From a virus, in the IMG/VR virus record IMGVR_UViG_3300017971_000140: a DNA stretch of 39,570 bases; one strand, 5' to 3'. Of the stretch, positions 9,327-18,612 are shown one piece after another. The position numbers and the translations under genes were made by a program. The notes under the pieces were generated by a model that was not told the DNA's origin, searched no databases, and saw only the letters and a list, made by a program, of their open reading frames with translations. The stretch's first letter is position 1; the number at the start of each line of letters is the position of its first letter.

Positions 9327-9674
9327 TTACACCGATGGTTCGTCAGATCCTACGAGTCGAACGATGAAGTCATCACCAGCGGCACTTGTTACAACTGTGA
9401 AGGTTGAAGCCGTGGGAGCTACTTTAACGTAAGGTGCAGCAGCTTGAGACCCAATAGCGGTTACCTGGACGTTGGGAGCCTCGACAAAATTCTTCACAAA
9501 TGAGAAGATTATTTCAGCGCCTGATCGTCTGGCTAAGAGGTTAGGGGTGTTACTGGAAAGTCCTGTTGCTACAGGTGTGGCTGCGCTAACTACTGCTAAG
9601 GCGTCAACGATTGCCATTTCTTCGCGCATTCTGCGCCGTTCTACTCTGATGTGTCTACTTCTTCCAAATGCCAT
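9327..9674 (-). CDS. Small protein following the major capsid gene (possible decoration or minor head protein), Arg-rich N-terminus
   Basis: 115 aa, AAGGAG 8 nt upstream of ATG 9674. Confidence 0.4.
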   Translation of the reverse strand: MAFGRSRHIRVERRRMREEMAIVDALAVVSAATPVATGLSSNTPNLLARRSGAEIIFSFVKNFVEAPNVQVTAIGSQAAAPYVKVAPTASTFTVVTSAAGDDFIVRLVGSDEPSV

Positions 9675-9747
9675 AACTTAAACTCCTTATGTTTAAGGCG
9701 GGGGACTTACGTGTACTAATAACTGCCCCTGCTGGTTAATTTGTGTC

Positions 9748-10953
9748 TTAACTAGTTGCTAGGTTGTGGATTTGTCCCTGGAACGCTGGCTTAATAACGT
9801 TCTGAAGGTATCCGCCGTAACGAGCTTCGTATCCGTCGCTGTCAGCCTGACGAAGAAGGACTGTTCCATCATCGTCAAACCAGCCGAAACCTGGTCGGTG
9901 CATCATTTCTATGAAGTTGTCGTTCAACAACCAAACGTCATCATCAGCACAGAATCGGCTAATTACCATTGGTATACGTGCAGGTCCAGCCTGTAGATCA
10001 ACAGCTTTGAAACCGATGCGGCCAACAAGCTCTTTATCCCTAGGAGTGACTTCCATGTACTTTACGTCTTCCAAGAGGTTAGCGATCTTAACATACTGTG
10101 TGTAAGAAGTGATACATAGGTTAGGGTATTTACCACACTTCTTATGGATCTGAAGGACAGTGTCGTTTAGGATATCCTGTGAAATTGCGGCTCCACCAGC
10201 GTCTTTACGGTAAGATCTCCAGCGTCTTTCAGCTGCTAGGTCGATGCCGTACTTAGTTCCTGTGGCTGTACCAACTGTTCCTTCAAGACCTTCAGGATCA
10301 TTGTCCTTAGAACCTTGCATGTAAATAACGCTGGTCTCTCCGGCTGAGATTGTCTGAGAACCGCTGATGAGAACGAGGTTAATAACCTTAGTAGAAGGCT
10401 CAACACTTGTGATCTCGAAGAGGTCAGTTCCAGAACCGACGTTTACATAGTCGTCTTCTTCTAGGTTAGCTTCCTTCCAAGTAGCGTCACTGATAGTAAC
10501 AACATAAGGAGAGCCAACAGTACCAGAACCAGAAGCTCCGCTAGTCATTGTACCAAGAGCGGCTGTACCATCACTGAAAAGGATACGTTCCATGTTACGT
10601 GCGTAAGATTCAACCGTGTTCTTGATTGATTCCTGAAGCAAGCGAACGAATGCACCTTTGTCGTCTTTAGAAGCCATCATGGACTCACGGTCGATGTTTA
10701 GTCGAGCGTAGACTTTCTTAGGTGTTACAGTCATCTGGAGGTAAGACTTGGTGTTAGCAGTTGGTAAAGAACCTGAACCTACAGAACCACCGAAACCTTT
10801 AGGCATCGTTGTCTTTAGGTCAGAACCTGTGAAGTTGAAATTCTTCTTTACTCGTGAGAGAAGAACGTTCTCTGAGTTATAGATTTTTTCCGAGAGTTTG
10901 CCGTAAACTGTTTTAAATAGTTCACTGACACTGGTTAGATCGTAATCGGCCAT
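9748..10953 (-). CDS. Major capsid protein
   Basis: 401 aa, AGGAGA upstream. Lies directly after the acidic scaffold gene and before a terminator. Sequence style fits HK97-fold coat proteins. Confidence 0.7.
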   Translation of the reverse strand: MADYDLTSVSELFKTVYGKLSEKIYNSENVLLSRVKKNFNFTGSDLKTTMPKGFGGSVGSGSLPTANTKSYLQMTVTPKKVYARLNIDRESMMASKDDKGAFVRLLQESIKNTVESYARNMERILFSDGTAALGTMTSGASGSGTVGSPYVVTISDATWKEANLEEDDYVNVGSGTDLFEITSVEPSTKVINLVLISGSQTISAGETSVIYMQGSKDNDPEGLEGTVGTATGTKYGIDLAAERRWRSYRKDAGGAAISQDILNDTVLQIHKKCGKYPNLCITSYTQYVKIANLLEDVKYMEVTPRDKELVGRIGFKAVDLQAGPARIPMVISRFCADDDVWLLNDNFIEMMHRPGFGWFDDDGTVLLRQADSDGYEARYGGYLQNVIKPAFQGQIHNLATS

Positions 10954-10973
10954 GACTTAATTTCTCCTTATGG

Positions 10974-12119
10974 TTAGTTGAGCAAGTCAAATGGGTTAAT
11001 GTTTTCGAGGTCTTCGAAAGTTAAAATCTCCTTGGCTGGCTTCTTGGTAGCCTTGGATGAGCCTTTTTTCTTGGGCTTCGTCGCTTTGGAATCACTTTTC
11101 ACGCGCTCGGCTAGTGCGTCCACGAATGCCTTTTCTGCACGCGCTTTTAGTTCTTCCTGTTTTATCCCAGGATTGTTTTGTTGCAACGATATCAGATAAT
11201 CCATAGCGGACTTATCCTTTACTAAGTCTGGGTTGATATCCTTAAGTACTTCAACAGCTGCGTCTTGATGTGTGATCATCACATGGTACTGACCAACTGT
11301 TTCAGGCGTAAGGTTTTCAACACCAAACTCAATTAACTCCTTCTGAAGCTCTTCGAACCTATCAGCACCAATTTGATGCGTTTCTAGGACAGACTGCACT
11401 TGATTTTTCAGCTCGGTTTGTTGAGCGAAAAGTGTCTGCTGTTCCTGTCGACGCTCCTCACGGGTTTTGTAGTGTTCGACTTGCTGTTTCAAAGCGCGTT
11501 GCTCACGCTCTTCTGGAGAAAGTTCCAAATGTTCGGCAATCTGCGGAGCCAGTTGCGAAACGTAGTTCTCGACAAATTGGTTCCTATCAAGGCCTGCCAA
11601 TTCACACACGAGGTCTAACGCTTCCTGAGCTTTTCCCGTAGTTGCTAATTCTTGGAACTGTTTAGCATTGTTATTAAATGTGTCTTGTTGAGCTTGGAAC
11701 TGTTCGCGCTCAGTGTTTAATTCGGTGAACTTTTTGTCCCAGGCTTCTTTTCCTGCAAAATTGTCTTTTAGGTCTTGCAGGGATACTTCAACTTCTTCCC
11801 CGTCAACTGTTATCTTATGAAGATCTTCATCATTAGCATCGCTAGGCTCGTTGTCAACATCGGTCTCACTAGACTCAACCTCATCGGTCTCCTCAGATTC
11901 TTCGTTGTCTTCACCCTCTTCTTTGTTAACTTCTTCGACGGCTTCGTCGCTAGCCTCGTCATTTCCTTTTTCATCTTCAGTTGGCTCATCTGAATCTTTA
12001 ACATCGTCTCCAATCTCTTCAACTGGCTCATCTGGTTGTTCTCCTTGCGTAGCTAACCCTTGCGTCGGATCGACTTCGTGCATCATTGATAATGCTAGGT
12101 CTTGTAAGTCATCGCTCAT
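10974..12119 (-). CDS. Scaffolding protein
   Basis: 381 aa with a highly acidic D/E-rich N-terminal half, then coiled coil and a basic tail. Lies between portal and capsid. AAGGAGG upstream. Confidence 0.7.
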   Translation of the reverse strand: MSDDLQDLALSMMHEVDPTQGLATQGEQPDEPVEEIGDDVKDSDEPTEDEKGNDEASDEAVEEVNKEEGEDNEESEETDEVESSETDVDNEPSDANDEDLHKITVDGEEVEVSLQDLKDNFAGKEAWDKKFTELNTEREQFQAQQDTFNNNAKQFQELATTGKAQEALDLVCELAGLDRNQFVENYVSQLAPQIAEHLELSPEEREQRALKQQVEHYKTREERRQEQQTLFAQQTELKNQVQSVLETHQIGADRFEELQKELIEFGVENLTPETVGQYHVMITHQDAAVEVLKDINPDLVKDKSAMDYLISLQQNNPGIKQEELKARAEKAFVDALAERVKSDSKATKPKKKGSSKATKKPAKEILTFEDLENINPFDLLN

Positions 12120-12135
12120 GCCATTTCCTCCTTGG

Positions 12136-12172
12136 CTTACTCTTCTATGTATCTACTGTTTAATTGTGTTAT
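12136..12172 (-). promoter_or_regulatory. Late-promoter-like bipartite motif, copy B (ATAACAC-N14-TACATAGAAGAGTAAG)
   Basis: 16/16 box, ending 16 nt before ATG 12119. Confidence 0.65.
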
Positions 12173-12174
12173 AA

Positions 12175-14331
12175 TTAACCTACAAAATCATTCGGATTTG
12201 GTACTTGTGTTTGTGGGAGGACGATTTCTTGATCAACTCCGGTATCGGGTGGTATCGGTTGCATCGGTGCTTGGTGACTCATGATGACTTCTGAAATGGT
12301 CATCGGTAGCTGGAAGAACACAGGGTAATTCTCGAAATCCGCTAAGCGTTGAGCGAATTTAGGATTAATTAATGCTTTTTGGAACATTAAACCTTCAGTC
12401 GTATTTAGGTGCTTAGCTAACAAAAGAGCGGGTGAGTTGGTTACAACCTCTGCCTCTCCGGAAAGAATCTCTTGTATTGCTGCGTTGGCTAACGCAGGCT
12501 CGGGTGGTAGAGTTGCTTTGACTGTTGGGTTATTGAATTGTTTAACGTGTGCTTCCCAATGCTGAATATGATCTTCAAAGTTCTGTGGTTCGGCAACATC
12601 GCTGCCGGACATCATGTCCGCATTCTCGGCTTCTGCTGCGTTGATTGCTGCGGTTGTGAGGTCAAAGAAAGCGTCAGGGCTTGAGAAGTCTAGCATGTCA
12701 GCTACTTTTTCTTGTGTGAACATGTTGGGGAAAGCCTGGTTTAGCTGAATAACCGTAGAGATTCTACCCGCTTTTGATTCTGGTAAGGCTGATGTGTTCT
12801 GAACACGGATGTCATACGAATGGTTTAAGTCTTCTACGTTGAAGTATTTGAGCAGATACTGGTTGTGCTTACCTACCATCTTAATCATACGTTCGTCAGA
12901 CTGAGTGTAAAAGTCTGCGGCTGTAAGGGTGATGAAATGAAATACCTCTTGAAGGAAGTCGCGGTGTTTGGCTATGCTGGTTGATTCTCTGCGGGTGGCT
13001 TGCTCCTCGAAGAAACCGAAAGCTTTGAAGGCTTCTACGTTAGGGATTCCATCGCCACGACGGGTGCCGGATGAGTTGCTGAGTTTTTCGAAGGTATTTT
13101 CGAGTTTGTCGATCATCGCCATGATGTCGCCGCTAACCATGTTAGGGACTGACCATGTTGGAGGGACTCCACCTTTGTATTGTACTACACCGGGTTCATT
13201 TGATTTGGATTGGTTAGGATCGATAGAACCGGCTGGAACGAACAACTTAGGGGCTGCAAGGGAGCGGTCACGCAACATGATGGTATACAATGCGTTGATC
13301 GCGCTTTGAAGGGCTTTTAGGTCCATGAAAGGTGACATTCCTCTCATTTGACCCGGTACGTCTATTGAGCTTAAACGAATGAGCGGAACTTTGCCGTGAG
13401 AATAAGGGAGATCGTCGTTTTGAAGGATGGTATGCTCTGTGAATTTGATGATGCGGCCTTCTGGGAGTTCTTGGGTGGCTGCATGGTAAAGAGTGAGAAC
13501 TGTTACCTTGTCGCACTTCTCTTCTTTGACGCCGTAGCGGTAAAGGTCTTCGTCTTGTCGACAATTGTCGGTAGGTTTGATCTTGCCTTTAGAGTCTGGG
13601 AAATCAATCTCAAGTTGCTCTAAATAAGCGGTTTCTTCAGTGATTACCCAACTGGTTTCTTCGTATCTTCTAGAGGGATGGGGTTCTGGAAAGACTCGGA
13701 ATGGTAGGAAGGGAGTTAGGCCGACGTCTCCGGTCTTCTTGACTTTGGTAACCTCTACTGTACCGTCTTCAGTTTCAATCTTGACCGTCTTCTGGAGTTT
13801 GCGAGCTGATGGGTGAATGTCACCACTCTCGGGATCCCAGTCTACTAATAAGAAAGCCTCTCCACATATGATAGCGTCGCGCTGTAGCTTGCGGCGTACG
13901 TCGTCAATGTTGTTCTCGTAGGAGTAGGATTTTAACCAGGATTCAGTTACTTTTGCTTTAGCTTTGTCTTGGAACTCTACCCCGTGGTTGGGTAGGACTG
14001 TAACACCTGGTCGGAAAGTGGCTAATCTGGAGACGGCAGCATCTGTGACGTCGCGCATGTGGTTGACTATAAGGTGTCGGAACTTCCTTGTTTTTGCGTA
14101 ACCCTCTGAATCTCTGTATAATCGGCCTTGACGGTCGATCTCTCTACCTATGGATAAGCCTTGGTAAAGAGCGATGTGTTGTAAACAGAGGTCACGGAAA
14201 CCTTTATCGTATTCTTTTAAGTCTGTGTGAGCCTGGTTCAAAGCTTCTAGTAATGACTTCTCGTTTGGGTTATCAAGCTTGTGTGTCCACCAAGGTCTAA
14301 TAGAAGGGGGTTTCTTTGTCTCTTTTTCCAT
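12175..14331 (-). CDS. Portal protein
   Basis: 718 aa, located between terL and the scaffold gene. AAGGA upstream. Confidence 0.7.
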   Translation of the reverse strand: MEKETKKPPSIRPWWTHKLDNPNEKSLLEALNQAHTDLKEYDKGFRDLCLQHIALYQGLSIGREIDRQGRLYRDSEGYAKTRKFRHLIVNHMRDVTDAAVSRLATFRPGVTVLPNHGVEFQDKAKAKVTESWLKSYSYENNIDDVRRKLQRDAIICGEAFLLVDWDPESGDIHPSARKLQKTVKIETEDGTVEVTKVKKTGDVGLTPFLPFRVFPEPHPSRRYEETSWVITEETAYLEQLEIDFPDSKGKIKPTDNCRQDEDLYRYGVKEEKCDKVTVLTLYHAATQELPEGRIIKFTEHTILQNDDLPYSHGKVPLIRLSSIDVPGQMRGMSPFMDLKALQSAINALYTIMLRDRSLAAPKLFVPAGSIDPNQSKSNEPGVVQYKGGVPPTWSVPNMVSGDIMAMIDKLENTFEKLSNSSGTRRGDGIPNVEAFKAFGFFEEQATRRESTSIAKHRDFLQEVFHFITLTAADFYTQSDERMIKMVGKHNQYLLKYFNVEDLNHSYDIRVQNTSALPESKAGRISTVIQLNQAFPNMFTQEKVADMLDFSSPDAFFDLTTAAINAAEAENADMMSGSDVAEPQNFEDHIQHWEAHVKQFNNPTVKATLPPEPALANAAIQEILSGEAEVVTNSPALLLAKHLNTTEGLMFQKALINPKFAQRLADFENYPVFFQLPMTISEVIMSHQAPMQPIPPDTGVDQEIVLPQTQVPNPNDFVG

Positions 14332-14567
14332 TATTCAAATCCTTTTAAGATGGTTTCTTCTATCTTATCATTAGGGACTTCAAACCCTTCGTCGTGCTCT
14401 GGAGCTGCTTCACCGAAAAACTGTGAAATGTCTTGCTGCTGAGCTGGTTGGTATTGAACGGTGTGGGTGGAAAGTGCGTTTGCTCTGGCCTGTATGAAAC
14501 CAAGAAGACCTAGCACGAATCCTGAGATGGCGAATAATAGCGCTGTTAGTGATAAAGCTATGATCAT
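14331..14567 (-). CDS. Small membrane protein (one N-terminal TM helix)
   Basis: 78 aa with MIIALSLTALLFAISGFVLGLLGFI. TAATG overlap with the portal start. Confidence 0.5.
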   Translation of the reverse strand: MIIALSLTALLFAISGFVLGLLGFIQARANALSTHTVQYQPAQQQDISQFFGEAAPEHDEGFEVPNDKIEETILKGFE

Positions 14568-14648
14568 TAATTACCCTTGTTAAAACCCCCCTTAGGGGTG
14601 GAGGCTTTGCTATGTAAGCTGGGTGCCTCCCTTCGGCTTAGCCTGACC

Positions 14649-14685
14649 CTTACTCTTCTATGTAGAACGTACTTATTGGTGTTAC
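14649..14685 (-). promoter_or_regulatory. Late-promoter-like bipartite motif, copy D (GTAACAC-N14-TACATAGAAGAGTAAG)
   Basis: 16/16 box. The terL TAA stop is embedded in GTAACAC. An 81-nt leader follows. Confidence 0.65.
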
Positions 14686-16244
14686 ATAAATTCTGAAAGA
14701 AAATCGTCGTTGCTTCCATTATCTAAGAGATTGTTGTCGTCCATTGCTCTTAAATCGTCATCTAAAGACACCCATTTTGTCATACCTTCGGAATCAATAC
14801 CTGAAGATTTCTCCATGGCGTGGTAGCGAATGTGATAGTGAGATACTTGGATCAAGTAGCGGAACGCATCAATTAAGTGATCATCCTTCTTTGGTATCTT
14901 ACCGTGTTCGTCTTTTACGTAGTTGGTCATCTCCCACATGAGGTTTTCACAGCGTGAAGACCAGGTTACTTTGTTGGCTAGGAGCGCATCTTTAATTGTA
15001 GAAAGGCCTTCGTCCTTAGACTTCTGTTTCTTATTCGTAGGGTTGAAAGCGTAACCACGTTCGACCATTTCATTTTTGAACCAAGTGGCGGCTTCATCAT
15101 AGTAGAATTGCCAGTCGTGTTTTGCTAAGTGAGGAGCTAATTCGGCTAGTTTTTCTCGGATCATGGGTTCGATTACACCTACAGTTTTTTCTCCTTCCTT
15201 GGTTAGGTAGAGCTCATCCATGAGGACAAGTCGTTTCGTGTAAGGGTTGACACTTGCAAAGAGTACTGCAAACGCTGAGCCTTTGGAAGCTGAGCCAGGG
15301 TCTGCGATGCAATAAAAGTCTTGGGCTTTGCTGGCCATCTGCATGGCGCTTGCATGGCGTACTCGTTCGTCACCTTTGAGCATGGGGAAGATGGATCTTG
15401 AGCCACCGACTACGAACTCGGCGCAATACTCTCTGAACCAAACGTCCAATTCGCCCTTCTGTCGATAAGATTCGCGGATGCTGGCTAATTCGTCTAAGTC
15501 TTGGTGAGGGTTCATCCAAGTAGGAGCTTGGAAGAAGACGGCGTCTGTGTTCTCTGGATTCTTAGCGTAGTCCATCAACTCAGTGTAGAAACCTTTCGCA
15601 GGTGGAGGAGTGGATATGATAACGATTGTAGCTTTTTTGGTAGTCGTTGAGGCTTTGAACGCATCATAAGCGCCTGGTCTGAATTCACGGTATTCATCAA
15701 AGATTACGAGGTCAGGAGTGATACCACGGTATTCATCGTAGTTGTCTGAACCGTCGATCTTGATAAAGGAATCGTTTACCCAACTCAAACGCATTTCTGC
15801 ATTGTTAGGCTTGCCTTTGATGTACTTCTTCCCGTAGTTGACAAAGTCATCGACCTTTTCTAAGTCCAGAGCGGTGGCGGCGTTCATTGTTTGGATGCGG
15901 TTCTTAGACCAAACGACTTCCTTGGCCTGCTTCTGCTTAGGACAAAAGTAATACATACCCGAACGTGGGGATAGTAAACCTTTGTACCACGCTACGCCGT
16001 TAACTAACTCTGTCTTACCTGTTTGTCGTCCCAGCTGTACGAACACAAGGCGAAACTGACCGGAAAGAATGGCTTTTCCAATGGTTTTCTGTCCTTCTGC
16101 TGGGTAGAACTCAGTTGTTTTGAGGTCTTGCATGAAAGGATGGCTTGGGGGTAGCTTGCGGCCTTCGTAAGGAGTCCAGACTTTTTGTAAGTCGTGGAGT
16201 ACCTGCGCTGTAGCGTTAATCTGGGCTTTGTGTTTGTCGTCCAA
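14682..16244 (-). CDS. terL: Terminase large subunit
   Basis: Walker A LGRQTGKT and Walker B DLVIFDEY. Nuclease motifs CIADPG and DDHLIDAFRY. TTG start with GGAG 9 nt upstream. Confidence 0.9.
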   Translation of the reverse strand: MDDKHKAQINATAQVLHDLQKVWTPYEGRKLPPSHPFMQDLKTTEFYPAEGQKTIGKAILSGQFRLVFVQLGRQTGKTELVNGVAWYKGLLSPRSGMYYFCPKQKQAKEVVWSKNRIQTMNAATALDLEKVDDFVNYGKKYIKGKPNNAEMRLSWVNDSFIKIDGSDNYDEYRGITPDLVIFDEYREFRPGAYDAFKASTTTKKATIVIISTPPPAKGFYTELMDYAKNPENTDAVFFQAPTWMNPHQDLDELASIRESYRQKGELDVWFREYCAEFVVGGSRSIFPMLKGDERVRHASAMQMASKAQDFYCIADPGSASKGSAFAVLFASVNPYTKRLVLMDELYLTKEGEKTVGVIEPMIREKLAELAPHLAKHDWQFYYDEAATWFKNEMVERGYAFNPTNKKQKSKDEGLSTIKDALLANKVTWSSRCENLMWEMTNYVKDEHGKIPKKDDHLIDAFRYLIQVSHYHIRYHAMEKSSGIDSEGMTKWVSLDDDLRAMDDNNLLDNGSNDDFLSEFM

Positions 16245-16382
16245 CTCGCAGTACTCCGTTTTTGTCTAGTTTATAGTTGTGCTTGGCTCCATAAGAGAAC
16301 ACTTGCAAGTAAACCTCTCGCTCTGCCATTGCTGTAGAGAAGCGTCCTGCGTTGTCTTTGTAGCATCGTATGCCCTAGAGAC

Positions 16383-16607
16383 CTAGGTGTCTCTTAATCC
16401 TTTAAAGCGCAAGAAGTAGTTGCTGTTATCTTCTTCTAGGCTAAAATCGCTGAGGGTAGAGCGGTCAAGCCTGTTTTCGTCTGCCGTCTGATAAATCTTG
16501 TCTAGCATTCCCTGCATGTAGCGGTCTGCGTCGTTCTTGTGCGCTAGGTACTCCTTAGAGTTTTGGATCTGCTGCGCTACGATATATTCTGTTTCTCTAG
16601 GTGTCAT
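16383..16607 (-). CDS. Hypothetical protein between terS and terL
   Basis: 74 aa, AAGGAG upstream of ATG 16607. Confidence 0.5.
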   Translation of the reverse strand: MTPRETEYIVAQQIQNSKEYLAHKNDADRYMQGMLDKIYQTADENRLDRSTLSDFSLEEDNSNYFLRFKGLRDT

Positions 16608-16633
16608 GTCTGGCTCCTTTGATTGACCTTTCC

Positions 16634-17155
16634 TTAGTTTTCCTCTGGAGTAATGTCAAAAATACCGAAGTCGTCTACGTCGCCGAGGATCTCCTTAACC
16701 TCTTTGGCTGTGTTGATTGGGTTCACACGGGCGATCGCGATATTATCAGTTGCCATGCCGTCATCTAGTTTCAGGATCTTGTCCATGTTGCCTACAATGT
16801 CGGATAGTTTCTTGATTTCGTCAATCGTGAGTTCAACGCCGGATTTTTTAACCGCTTCGAGTGAGTTTTTTATGGTGTGTAGGGAGTTATCCATAATGGA
16901 TTTCATGAGTGGCATTTTGTGTTTGGTGAGTTCTTGGATTTGATCCTTCTCAACCTCATTGCGGATCTCTGCAAAGGGGCGCATCCCGTTACGGGGTTTG
17001 TATACCCAGTCACGGACTGTTGGGAATGGCTTGTTTACCATCTCGGAGATGGCTGCTACAGTGTTATATCTTAGGTACAACTCTAGAGCCTGCTTCTGCT
17101 CGGCGCAAACGTTGATACCTGGGGTTCCGTCTGTCCATATTGATAATTCGTCCAT
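16634..17155 (-). CDS. Terminase small subunit (candidate)
   Basis: 173 aa from ATG 17155 (AGGAGG upstream). HTH-like QKQALELYLRYNTVAAISEMV. Lies just before terL. The longer track start at 17203 would overlap motif copy E. Confidence 0.5.
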   Translation of the reverse strand: MDELSIWTDGTPGINVCAEQKQALELYLRYNTVAAISEMVNKPFPTVRDWVYKPRNGMRPFAEIRNEVEKDQIQELTKHKMPLMKSIMDNSLHTIKNSLEAVKKSGVELTIDEIKKLSDIVGNMDKILKLDDGMATDNIAIARVNPINTAKEVKEILGDVDDFGIFDITPEEN

Positions 17156-17177
17156 AAAAAAGGCCCTCCTACTAGGT

Positions 17178-17214
17178 CTTACTCTTCTATGTAGGAAGGC
17201 CATATATGTGTTAC
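17178..17214 (-). promoter_or_regulatory. Late-promoter-like bipartite motif, copy E (GTAACAC-N14-TACATAGAAGAGTAAG)
   Basis: 16/16 box, ending 22 nt before ATG 17155. The upstream gene's TAA is embedded in GTAACAC. Confidence 0.65.
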
Positions 17215-17777
17215 ATACAACTAGAGCAATCTATAGAACCGGACGATGGAGCCGTGGACGATGCTTTATGCCAGACAAACCCTTTAGCCGAGGTGTCGCC
17301 GCGCTCTATGGCGTTTAGGTTATGATTCCTTCCTGGAGGAAACCACTCTTCTAAAGACAGTAAAGACGTGTGGATTGTTGTACCGTTAAAAGAAATGTCT
17401 ATGGGCTGATTAGTCCCGTTGTGAATATGGGCGTATGCGGCACCTGCAACAGCGTTTTGTTGTATCGGTGTTACAATCTCGAAAGTGTCGGCTGCGGTCG
17501 GTGCTCCACTAAGGGCAACTGAAAGAGTGATGGTGTCGGTGGTGACACTGGCTACCTCTCTGCCTTCTCCGTCGTAAGTACCGCTAGACATTATGATCTG
17601 ATCACCAGCAGAAGCAACATGTCCTGTGGCGTTGATTACCGTGGCGGTAGAGGCTGCTTCCACAGCGTCTTGAACAACCCATGTACCCATCTTGGTGAAG
17701 TTGTCGGCGACCGCGACCGCAGGGCTACTTCTATTAGCGTTCCAAATCGGATCTCTTGCATTAAATTCATTAGCCAT
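17211..17777 (-). CDS. Beta-rich Ala/Thr/Ser-rich protein, function unknown (possible virion surface protein)
   Basis: 188 aa, AGGAGA upstream. Confidence 0.4.
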   Translation of the reverse strand: MANEFNARDPIWNANRSSPAVAVADNFTKMGTWVVQDAVEAASTATVINATGHVASAGDQIIMSSGTYDGEGREVASVTTDTITLSVALSGAPTAADTFEIVTPIQQNAVAGAAYAHIHNGTNQPIDISFNGTTIHTSLLSLEEWFPPGRNHNLNAIERGDTSAKGFVWHKASSTAPSSGSIDCSSCM

Positions 17778-17797
17778 TTTTTATTCTCCTTTTTTGT

Positions 17798-18580
17798 TTA
17801 GAAATGATCTTCTAAGGTAAGATCGGTAGTATTAATGCTGTCTGATGTACCTAGATATCCAGTGTACACAACCGACGCTTCTCCTGCTGCACCAGATAGC
17901 TTAGTAACCTCTAGTACAAGGTCTGTAGCTGGGGGGAACTGTAGGAAAGGTCGTGGGTTCAGGCTTACCCCTGGTGATGGAGATATGAAAACTGTCTCTG
18001 TTCTCCATAAGCCGCCGTTTAAGAAGGGGTTAGATATCTTTATCCTTGCGCGTATGTCCCTACCAGTCTCAGCCATAAAGACGGGTTCGGAGACGAATAA
18101 CCAATAGTTGCCTGGTACTGTGTAGTTACCGTTCTGAGAGGAATTGTCTCCTATTGGCATACATGCTTGTACATCGCCGGACATTGAAAGATCTATCTGT
18201 CCAACGTTTGCGCCGTTTGATCCGGCTGTTAAAACTTCAATGCGTGTTACTCTCCAAAACGTTTTCAAGCCAAGCGCTGGGGTTGTACCTGTGAGGGTTA
18301 CAGTCTCGGTTTGTCTTAGGTAGTTAGTGTCCAAACCGTAAACTTGGATGGTGTGCGCTCCGATGCCAGCGACTGCGTCTGCCGCAGAGGTACTTACTAC
18401 TGATACAACAGAGGGTACAGAAGGGAATACTTGTATACCGCCGGGTGTCCATACGTGGGTTGGGTCTGTGCCTACTACTGGGTTGTAGCCTGAGCGAAAG
18501 AATGGTATAGCTTCTTGCGACTGAAGCTCGTGGATTTCATTGATATATCCTATATCGTGATAAAAACTGTGGGAAGACAT
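17798..18580 (-). CDS. Beta-rich protein, function unknown (possible virion surface protein)
   Basis: 260 aa, first gene after late motif copy F. Confidence 0.4.
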   Translation of the reverse strand: MSSHSFYHDIGYINEIHELQSQEAIPFFRSGYNPVVGTDPTHVWTPGGIQVFPSVPSVVSVVSTSAADAVAGIGAHTIQVYGLDTNYLRQTETVTLTGTTPALGLKTFWRVTRIEVLTAGSNGANVGQIDLSMSGDVQACMPIGDNSSQNGNYTVPGNYWLFVSEPVFMAETGRDIRARIKISNPFLNGGLWRTETVFISPSPGVSLNPRPFLQFPPATDLVLEVTKLSGAAGEASVVYTGYLGTSDSINTTDLTLEDHF

Positions 18581-18612
18581 TATCTGTGCGTCCTTACATT
18601 AGGTGTTACCTC

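Noticed and set aside
17156-17203. Longer N-terminus for the terS candidate (track start 17203)
   Set aside because: The extension would be encoded by late motif copy E itself. The internal ATG at 17155 has a strong AGGAGG.
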